Source: Macrostomum lignano (lineage: Eukaryota). Taken from it: a stretch of DNA of 64,000 nucleotides. Positions within the stretch are counted from its first letter, which is position 1. Each line of letters opens with the position of its first letter. Positions 25,930 to 35,330 of this stretch are shown here, in pieces. The notes under the pieces are model-generated. The model made no database searches. It saw nothing but the letters and a program-made list of their open reading frames with translations, and was not told where the DNA came from. Made by a program: the position numbers and the translations under genes. The stretch is taken from positions 558,001-622,000 of the forward strand of contig NIVC01000094.1 of NCBI GenBank assembly GCA_002269645.1, written 5' to 3'.

Positions 25930-26077
25930 TCGTAAAATTACGAAATTGTTTCTCCGGAAAAACACGTCGCCACATGAATTCGCCAAGGTAGCCTCGAAGA
26001 GCCCATCACTGGTAGGTACCATACATCGTGCGGAAGTTGCGCTTCAAGTGGGCCCACAACCCTTCGATAGTGTTGGT
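25930..26077 (-). pseudogene. Second Merlin-type transposase fragment (C-terminus), CpG-rich and not hypermutated
   Basis: TNTIEGLWAHLKRNFRTMYGT..GYLGEFMWRR. It is apparently disrupted by a 4-bp TACC duplication and a 1-bp deletion rather than by transitions. Confidence 0.8.
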
Positions 26078-26518
26078 CGGTGCAGGTGGACGTTGCGTTG
26101 GAGCTGAAATAAAGGCAAATTTAAACGAAAAAATAAGTTAACGCGGGAAACTAACTGAACAAAAACGTTCGAAGAAAAACGAAGTCAAAAAAATACTTGT
26201 ACCTTATAAGAGATACCTAAAGACAATTTAAAATACATTTAGGTTAATTAAACAACTTTCTTACCAAGTTATTAATGATCTGTGTCCATTTTTGTGTTTA
26301 AATTTGTTTATGTTTGGTTTAAATAGCAACGCAATTTAATAGTTCAAGGGTTTAATAAATGAATTTATTTGTACAACTCGTATATCGTACGCATCATAGA
26401 CGGATCATCAATTAAGTAGAATTACTCGAATAAACCTAAAATCATCGTGAAATAATAACCTTTTATTATTTTTAATAATAAAATTTATTTATAAAATAAC
26501 ATTCTTCATTTTTTTATC

Positions 26519-29500
26519 ATGACATCCTACAAGGTAAAAATCAATTTTATTGTTCCTTATTGAATATTGAATAGACTCGCTGTGAATTCGGAAAACTTTT
26601 TACTTTCATACATAGGCCTACCAGTGATATATAATATAGCCACTGCCCACTGTACCTATCATGTATTTTACTGTACTGTACACTAATATAACCAGTATTT
26701 AGTACTTAGTTTTTTAGTGTAGAGAAAATATCATGTTAGATTAGTCCCTGATATTGTGTTAATAAAGGTAATAAAATAGTTTACACTTGAATGACAGTGA
26801 TTGGATGGAGTGACAGAGTGAGTAGTATTGACTAACACCATTGTATTGAAAGAATTAATAATTGATTATACATTATTCTTCTTCATTGTTGCCAAATTTA
26901 TTTGTCACTGAATTGGTCAGCACAGCATCTATTTAGAAATTACTTATACTTCATTGTGATAATTAAAAAAATTTTTTTTTCAAAATTTTTAAGACTTAAG
27001 CAGTGACAAATCTAGAGGGAGGGCAACTCCTAGGTCCCTATTGTGTTGCAGATGCCCTTCCCCTCTTTCGCAAGTTTTGCTATGGCTAAACTTATATATA
27101 AAGGAAGAATATTGCAATTTAGGCTTATTTGGGGCTTTTTTGGGCCAACCCAAGAACTTAGGCCAAAATGTCCCCTTATTTTAAAAATCCTAGATCAGCC
27201 ACTAGACTTAATATCTATATTTTTTAGGTAATCAAGATTCAAGATTAAGCCTAATTAGCATCTGATAAGGCCAATTTGCACTATTTTGTCTATCAATATT
27301 AATATTGTTACTTGTTAAATATAGAATAATGATAATCGAAAGTGGTAGATAGAGCAGCAGATAGAGAGATGATAGAGTAGTAGATAAAAGCTAGATGCTA
27401 GAGCATTTTCTGATACCATTTTTTATCCATTTTGGTCATAGGCATCATTTTTTACTATGGCATTATATTGCAGCACCAATTCAAAATTAAAAATAATATT
27501 AGGAAACAAATTAAAAGACTGCCATAACTGCATAATATTATAGTTACAAATATTCATGAAATTACAAATCTTTACTTTTTTGAGATCTCAAAGATTAAAG
27601 TGCCAAGATCTTGTTTAACCCCTAACATACCTATTTGAAATATTTAAAATTTAAAAAATGTTTACATATAACGAAATCCAAAACGTGGGATAAAACGGTA
27701 AAACAAATCTGCGGACATTCGATGGAAAGTAATGTATCTAAAAAAGGTTTTTGAAAGATAGATAGGTCTTTAGAAAATAGTTCTGGATAAAAACTATTGT
27801 TTTCATGCTTTATATTGTTGAATAAATAAGAAAAAACCACAAAAAAGCATTTTGAAAGTCCGAGTTGACCGATTTGCAATTTTTTGTTTCACTTTTTTTC
27901 ATTATTAAACAATTAATTTTAAGACTTGTAGGCCTTAGAGAAGGCTAATTTTTTTACTACTTACAAAACAGAAAGTAATCTGTGTTTTACTTTTTATTCA
28001 ATTCAAAAAGATGAAGTATTTCTAAGGATTTCAAAGTTTTTCTAAAACCATATAAACTCGCAAAAATTCATACTAATATAAAGTGCAAAGTTTGCCAGCA
28101 AACATCTTTTTCTAAAAGTAAATATATCGCTAATTCCTTGTTGCAAAATAATCTTTAAGTTGTTTTCTTTCATTTAAATATCAACTTGCATAGTATTAGT
28201 ATTTGTAATATGCCTATATTTAGACTTAAAAATTTTGGGTAAAAAATGGTACCACAAAATGTGAACCCGGCATCCAAATCAGATGCTTACTGTATGCTCA
28301 TTAAGCGACGAAGAACAATGAAATTACACTAAAACATGTATCATCGCGGCGTGTATGCAGGAAAAAAAGAATTTTCCAAATCGCTTCAGTAGAAGCTGAG
28401 TAAAATGCAATTTTCCAATCCTTATGGGAATTCCAATGTGTTACCCGGCTTCCAAATCAGATGCTTACTGTATGCTTATTAAGCGACGAAGAACAATGAA
28501 ATTACACTAAAACATGTATCATCGCGGCGTGTATGCAGGAAAAAAAGAATTTTCCGAATCGCTTCAGTAGAAGCTGAGTAAAATGCAATTTTCCTATCCT
28601 TATGGGAATTCCAATGTGTTACCCGGCTTCCAAATCAGATGCTTACTGTATGCTTATTAAGCGACGAAGAACAATGAAATTACACTAAAACATGTATCAT
28701 CGCGGCGTGTATGCAAGAAAAAAAGAATTTTCCAAATCGCTTCAGTAGAAGCTGAGTAAAATGCAATTTTCCAATCCTTATGGGAATTCCAATGTGTTAC
28801 CCGGCTTCCAAATCAGATGCTTACTGTATGCTTATTAAGCGACGAAGAACAATGAAATTACACTAAAACATGTATCATCGCGGCGTGTATGCAGGAAAAA
28901 AAGAATTTTCCAAATCGCTTCAGTAGAAGCTGAGTAAAATGCAATTTTCCAATCCTTATGGGAATTCCAATGTGTTACCCAGCTTCCAAATCAGATGCTT
29001 ACTGTATGCTTATTAAGCGACGAAGAACAATGAAATTACACTAAAACATGTATCATCGCGGCGTGTATGCAGGAAAAAAAGAATTTTCCAAATCGCTTTA
29101 GTAGAAGCTGAGTAAAATGCAATTTTCCGATCCTTACGGGAATTTGTATGTTGAAATAATAAACTTACATTGAATACAATTTATTGCAAACGAACTCTAC
29201 AAAATACACGTTGTCAAGAGTAACGAAAGTGATAAACAAATAAAACCTTAAAATAATGTTAAATATGTTGTAGAATTATAGAGTGTAACATTATAAGATA
29301 GTTAAAGTTAATAAAATACATTATTATAGCTTTTCAATCATTTTCATTAGACTCATTTTAGGTCGTAATTAAACTTACCGTTTTAACAAATCATTTTATT
29401 AAAAATAAAGCTATACGAAAATAATTTGTGCTTTAATAGACTTTTTTACTTTTTAAAAACTTGAATAAATTTATTTTATAGCTTTATTGCTTTCAAATTG

Positions 29501-30423
29501 CCAAAAAACGAATTTTCATAAAACTTGCCCCCGATTTTTGGATTTCCCCATATATGCTAGAAAATTTGAATATACAGAGCAGAAAGATCTGGTATAAACT
29601 ATTAGTATACAAATTGGCATTTAAAAGGCCTGTTATACCCTTTGGCATACTATTTGGGATAGTGCAGAACAAGCAAAGGGATAATTAGGGACTCCACTAT
29701 ATGAGCTCAAGTTGACAGGCCCTTTATTTTCAATATAATTGTTTAATACTATATTGTTAGGTTGACTGACTTGTTAGATTTGTTATGCTTCTCTAATAAT
29801 CTTTTAATTAAGGCTGCTGACTCCAAGCGAGAGGAATTTAGAAAGTACTTGGAAAAGGCTGGTGTGTTGGATGCCCTGACTAAAGGTAAGCATCTTAATA
29901 ATCTTTTTTACTAATCGAAGTCTCACTATATGCTAGAAATGCATTGCATTGCCATCTTACCAAATTCTCAAATCCAGCTACTTATCATAAATCGGTCACG
30001 ATTCCTTGCAATTCACCCACGCTCTCCAACTGCAGTGCTTGTTGGCCTGTACGAAGAGCCAGAGAAGCCCAACAATGCGCTGGAGTTTCTCAAGCAGCAC
30101 CTGGGCACTGCCGGGCCAGACGCCCCAGACGTTGAGGCTATGAAAGTTGAGATCACAGAGCTGAGGACCCGGGTTGAGCAGCTCGAGGCTGAGAATCAGG
30201 AGCTGCGCGAGAAGGTAGGCCACATGCGGCTCGCGAAGCCTCTCTAACCAGCCCTCGCTTCCTTTAAAACTTCGCGATAGCAATCCCATCTGCTCAACGT
30301 TGGTGTCTCAGATCTCTCTCTGAGGTTCCATAACTAATCGTTGAATATTAATTTGCCATTAAAACAAATTTTCAGGTGCAACAGTACGACCCGGCTGGCG
30401 GAGCTGCTGCAGCCGCTGAGTGA
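26519..30423 (+). CDS. MYCBP: c-Myc-binding protein (MYCBP/AMY-1), join(26519..26533, 29813..29885, 30036..30214, 30376..30423), 104 aa
   Basis: MTSYK|AADSKREEFRKYLEKAGVLDALTK(V)LVGLYEEPEKPNNALEFLKQHLG..LEAENQELREK|VQQYDP..E*. All introns are GT-AG with matching phases. The five-codon exon 1 is the least certain part. Confidence 0.92.
27001..27204. mobile_element. hAT-type MITE (204 bp) in MYCBP intron 1
   Basis: Left TIR CAGTGACAAATCTAG; right TIR (reverse complement) TAGTGGCTGATCTAG; 8-bp TSD GACTTAAG / GACTTAAT. Confidence 0.75.
28258..29140. repeat. 178-bp tandem repeat, 5 near-identical copies, in MYCBP intron 1
   Basis: AATGTG anchor at 28258, 28435, 28613, 28791 and 28969. Confidence 0.95.
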
Positions 30424-31084
30424 TGCCGAATGAGTGCGCGAGTGCGATTCCTGGAAACAATAACTGTTTGCTGGCCAATTAGCAAACTGGAATCAAAATC
30501 CCTCTGCTGTTTATCCAATCCCCTTTTTTATTCTTTTCGTCAATTTGATTTTTGTGTCCGCTATACTCTCTTCGTGTTCTGTCTTTTCTTTCTTTACACA
30601 AAACAAAAAGCTCTTATCGGTTTTTAATCTGTGTTTTTATTTGTAGCAGATGCTGTTACACTACTGTGAGTAGGCGCGTCGTTGTAATTTTCCGCGCGTT
30701 TTTTCACTTCGATAATTATAGTGGTGTTTTTTTATTTTTTATTAAAAATCAGTTCTTAAGCTGACCACAGTTTTATTGGGGCTGGGCCATACAGTAAGGC
30801 AATCAGCTGTTTCAGACTCGCAGTGTTTTCATATCACAACGAAATTACCTTGGTGGGACCAAGCGAATCTGTTAGGTTTGTTATTTCCAACAGTAGATAT
30901 TTTGTTTGTATCTCAAATCCCAAACCTATTAAAATACATTGTCTCTTTATTTAGACTACACAAATATATCACATGTCTCGACATGACCATGCAGCGTGTT
31001 TTTGTAGGTTTTGTTCCTAGGCGGAACCAAATTTTCTCTTACAGTTCCTTTGCATTGCTTTTTAGTGTAGATTTTTAAAGTTTT

Positions 31085-32072
31085 ATCCATCACAATCAAT
31101 GGGAAATATCCATCCCAATCAATGGGAAATACCCATCCCAATCAGTGGGAAATATCCATCACAATCAATGGAAAAAATCCATCCCAATCAATGGGAAATA
31201 CCCATCCCAATCAGTGGGAAATATCCATCCCAATCAATGGGAAATACCCATCCCAATCAGTGGGAAATATCCATCCCAATCAATGGGAAATATCCATCCC
31301 AATCAATGGGAAATATCCATCCCAATCAATGGGAAATATCCATCCCAATCAATGGGAAATACCCATCCCAATCAATGGGAAATACCCATCACAATCAATG
31401 GGAAATATCCATCCCAATCAATGGGAAATATCCATCCCAATCAATGGGAGTTTTCCATCCCAATCAATGGGAGTTTTCCATCCCAATCAATGGGAAATAC
31501 CCATCCCAATCAGATCGAAATATCCATCACAATCAATGGGAAAAATCCATCCCAATCAATGGGAAATATCCATCCCAATCAATGGGAAATATCCATCCCA
31601 ATCATTGGGAAATATCCATCCCAATCAGTGGGAAATACCCATCCCAATCAGTGGGAAATACCCATCCCAATCAGTGGGAAATACCCATCCCAATCAGTGG
31701 GAAATATCCATCCCAATCAGTGGGAAATACCCATCCCAATCAATGGGAAATACCCATCCCAATCAATGGGAAATATCCATCCCAATCAATGGGAAATATC
31801 CATCCCAATCATTGGGAAATATCCATCCCAATCAGTGGGAAATACCCATCCCAATCAGTGGGAAATACCCATCCCAATCAGTGGGAAATATCCATCCCAA
31901 TCAATGGGAAATACCCATCCCAATCATTGGGAGTTATGCATCCCAATCAGTGGGAAATACCCATCCCAATCAGTGGGAAATACCCATCCCAATCAATGGG
32001 AAATATCCATCCCAATCAATGGGAGTTATGCATCGCAATCAATGGGAGTTTTCCATCACAATCAATGGGAAT
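31085..32072. repeat. Minisatellite, 23-bp unit (ATCCATCCCAATCAATGGGAAAT), ending just upstream of PIH1D1
   Basis: Direct reading. Three overlapping ORFs with the same 23-aa period are artefacts. Confidence 0.96.
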
Positions 32073-32138
32073 TGGAGAGCATCCGATATGTATCGATAGC
32101 AAACTATTTCGGCACCCACAGAAGCACAAATAGAAAAA

Positions 32139-33552
32139 ATGTCGTCTTCTTCCTCCCTGTCAATGCCGGTCGCTGATGAGTCCGAGGATGCAGAGGAGAA
32201 GCTGCGCATTCTGCAGCAGCTGCTGGCCTCGCAAGACTCCGGCGCAGCCCCAGCCGCCGCCGCCGCCGGTGCCCCGGCCAGCCGTCAGGTGGCCTACGAG
32301 CCCGGGCTGTGCATCAAAACCCGTCAGGATTCGGGCGGCGCCAAGCTGTTCATCAACTTGTGCCGCAGCGCCGACCTGCCGGCGCCGCCCGAGGCCACGG
32401 ACGAGCAGCTGGCCAAGCTGCTGGAGGATCCGGACAGCCACGCGGCCAGATTCCGGGTGCCGCTGAGCATCGGCGAGCCGCGGGCCGAGCGAGATCACGC
32501 GGGCTCCGCGTGCACAGCGATTGACGTTGTGGCCCACCCGAGCCTGCTGGACCGGATGCGCGCCAGCGACCTGTACCGGAACTTCGCCATCAGCTTGGCT
32601 GTGGAGGGCGCCGAGGCCAAGCACGGGTTGAGTTTGAGCAGGCGGGATCTGACTGTGCTGCGGAATAAGAAATACGTTGGCAGCATTGAGCAGCAGGCGG
32701 CGCAGCACTTTGTGCGGTCCGGCGGCCCGCCAAAGCCGTTTATTCAGGTAAGACCGTTTTCTTCTGAAGATCGCCCATTGGAAATCTCCCCCTATCTAAG
32801 AATCGCCCATTGGAAATCTTCCTTATCTGACAATTGCCCATTGGAAATCTTCCCTATCTGAGAATCGGCCATTGGAAATCTCCCCTATCTGAGAATCGCC
32901 CATTGGAAATCTCCCCTATCTGACAATTGCCCATTGGAAATCTCCCCTATCTGAGAATCGCCCATTGGAAATCTTCCCTATCTGACAATTGCCCATTGGA
33001 AATCTTCCCTATCTGACAATTGCCCATTGGAAATCTCCCCTATCTGAGAATCGCCCATTGGAAATCTTCCCTATCTGAGAATCGGCCATTGGAAATCTCC
33101 CCTATCTGAGAATCGCTCATTGGAAATCTCACCTGTCTCCCGAGAGACCCAGAAAGTCCCCATCTCCCCAGCTGAGTTCAATTGGAGTCGCACGCACCGC
33201 CCAAATCCAGGAAGTGTCTGGCAGCGAGGCGACGGCCCCGCAGCCCAGCTCGTCTCTCTCCGCACCGTCGAAGACGCCGCCCCGGCCGGAGTTCCGGCTG
33301 GTGCAGGAGCCGCCGTACGGTTCGCCCAGCCATTTCGTGTGCGAGATCCGCCTGCCGCTCATCAGCTCTGCCGGCTCCTTGCAACTGCAGGTTGGCGGCG
33401 ACCGCCTGCTGCTCACCTGCCGCAGCCGGGCCTACCGGCTGGACTTCTACCTGCCTGTCTGCATCGACCAGGCCGCCTGCTGCGCCCAGTTTGATGCCGA
33501 TAGCAGACTGCTCACCGTTACTATGCCTGTTGAGGGCGGGCCTGCCGCGTAG
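32139..33552 (+). CDS. PIH1D1: PIH1 domain-containing protein 1 (R2TP subunit), join(32139..32747, 33211..33552), about 316 aa
   Basis: PGLCIKT..KLFINLC..PAPP..RVPLSIGEPRAE.D..G..CTAIDV..NKKYVGSI..PFIQ|E; C-terminal CS domain EIRLPLI..LQLQVGGDRLLL..YRLDFYLP..AQF..RLLTVTMP. Phase-0 GTAAG..CAG intron. Confidence 0.9.
32768..33135. repeat. Intronic minisatellite of PIH1D1, 31-bp unit (AATCGCCCATTGGAAATCTCCCCTATCTGAG)
   Basis: Direct reading; begins about 20 nt after the donor. Confidence 0.92.
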
Positions 33553-33599
33553 CTTGGCGTGTGTTCGTGTTGTTGCTTTGGTGTGCGCGACTGTTGGCT

Positions 33600-33895
33600 G
33601 CAGTGACATTGACTGCCAGTGTGACATTGACTGCCAGTGTGACATTGACTGTCAGTGTGACATTGACTGCCAGTGTGACATTGACTGCCAGTGTGACATT
33701 GACTGTCAGTGTGACATTAACTGTCAGTGTGACATTGACTGCCAGTGTGACATTGACTGCCAGTGTGACATTGAATGTCAGTGTGACATTGACTGCCAGT
33801 GTGACATTGAATGTCAGTGTGACATTGACTGCCAGTGTGACATTGAATGTCAGTGTGACATTGACTGCCAGTGTGATATTGGCTGACAGTGACAT
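33600..33895. repeat. 18-bp minisatellite (GTGACATTGACTGCCAGT) about 50 nt after the PIH1D1 stop
   Basis: Direct reading; CQCDID and SVTLTA periodic ORFs. Confidence 0.93.
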
Positions 33896-34390
33896 CTTAG
33901 CACATTACACAATGACACCATTTTTCATCGTGTTGAAGGTCTGGGAGGTTCGTCAGGTCGAGAAAGCCGCTAGTTGACTACGAGGGTATTAGAGCGAGAA
34001 AGTTGATTCTGTGTGCAAACTCTCCGTCCAGCATGTACTTGTATGAAACTTGTATGAATCAATGTATCTGTGCCTGCAAAGATTATTGATTTGCAGTTAA
34101 TCCTTAGCTGCTGGCAGCTGTTAATCATATGAGACGCTTTGCAATTTTTGCATAACCATTTTGTTCTTAAAAAGAAACCGATTGCGATAAGTGATTTTGA
34201 ATTTCACTTTTTGTTTTTGTACTTTTTGTCTTCTTTATTCAAAAGTTTGTAGATATTTTGTTGATTATCACATAATTGTTTTGCCTGTAACTGGTTTCTC
34301 AGACAGAAAATAATTTTTTGTCTCTGATTAGTCAGAAAGAGGTCTGTCTGTCTCTATCTGGTCCAGAAAACATAGTCCTCTGATTCGTCA

Positions 34391-35156
34391 GAGAAAATGG
34401 TTTGCCAGTCGCTGATTGGTCTAGAGAGAGAAAATGGTTTGCCAGTCGCTGATTGGTCTAGAGAGAGAAAATGGTCTGCCAGTCGCTGATTGGTCTAGAG
34501 AGAGAAAATGGTTTGCCAGTCGCTGATTGGTCTAGAGAGAGAAAATGGTCTGCCAGTCGCTGATTGGTCTAGAGAGAGAAAATGGTCTGCCAGTCGCTGA
34601 TTGGTCTAGAGAGAGAAAATGGTCTGCCAGTCGCTGATTGGTCTAGAGAGAGAAAATGGTCTGCCAGTCGCTGATTGGTCTAGAGAGTGGTTTACTAGTC
34701 GCTGATTGGTCTAGAGAGAGAAAATGGTTTGCCAGTCGCTGATTGGTCTAGAGAGAGAAAATGGTCTGCCAGTCGCTGATTGGTCTAGAGAGAGAAAATG
34801 GTCTGCCAGTCGCTGATTGGTCTAGAGAGAGAAAATGGTCTGCCAGTCGCTGATTGGTCTAGAGAGAGAAAATGGTCTGCCAGTCGCTGATTGGTCTAGA
34901 GAGTGGTTTACTAGTCGCTGATTGGTCTAGAGGGAGAAATGGTTTACCAGTCGCTGATTGGTCTAGAAAGAGAATAGTTTGCCAGTCGCTGATTGGTCTA
35001 GAGGTCTAAAGAGAGAATGGTTTCCCAGTCGCTGATTGGTAACGGTTTGCCAGTCGCTGATTGGTCTAGAGGTCTAAAGAGAGAATGGTTTCCCAGTCGC
35101 TGATTGGTAACGGTTTGCCAGTCGCTGATTGGTCTAGAGAGAGAGAATGGTTTGCC
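34391..35156. repeat. 37-bp minisatellite (GCCAGTCGCTGATTGGTCTAGAGAGAGAAAATGGTTT), about 20 copies, upstream of TARBP2
   Basis: Direct reading; every unit contains CTGATTGG (reverse CCAAT box). Confidence 0.93.
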
Positions 35157-35330
35157 TGTTGCTTCAATAAGCTTTTACTTTGTTTCCATGTTTATCTGGC
35201 TTGTCTAAGGTTGGCATTTTCTGTCTTTATTAATAACCGGAAAATATTCTGAAAACATTACGACCCCTCAAGCCAATTCCAGAGTTAAAGCATCGCTGAG
35301 CTCTCCAGGCCGACAATCCGCCCAGCTCCC

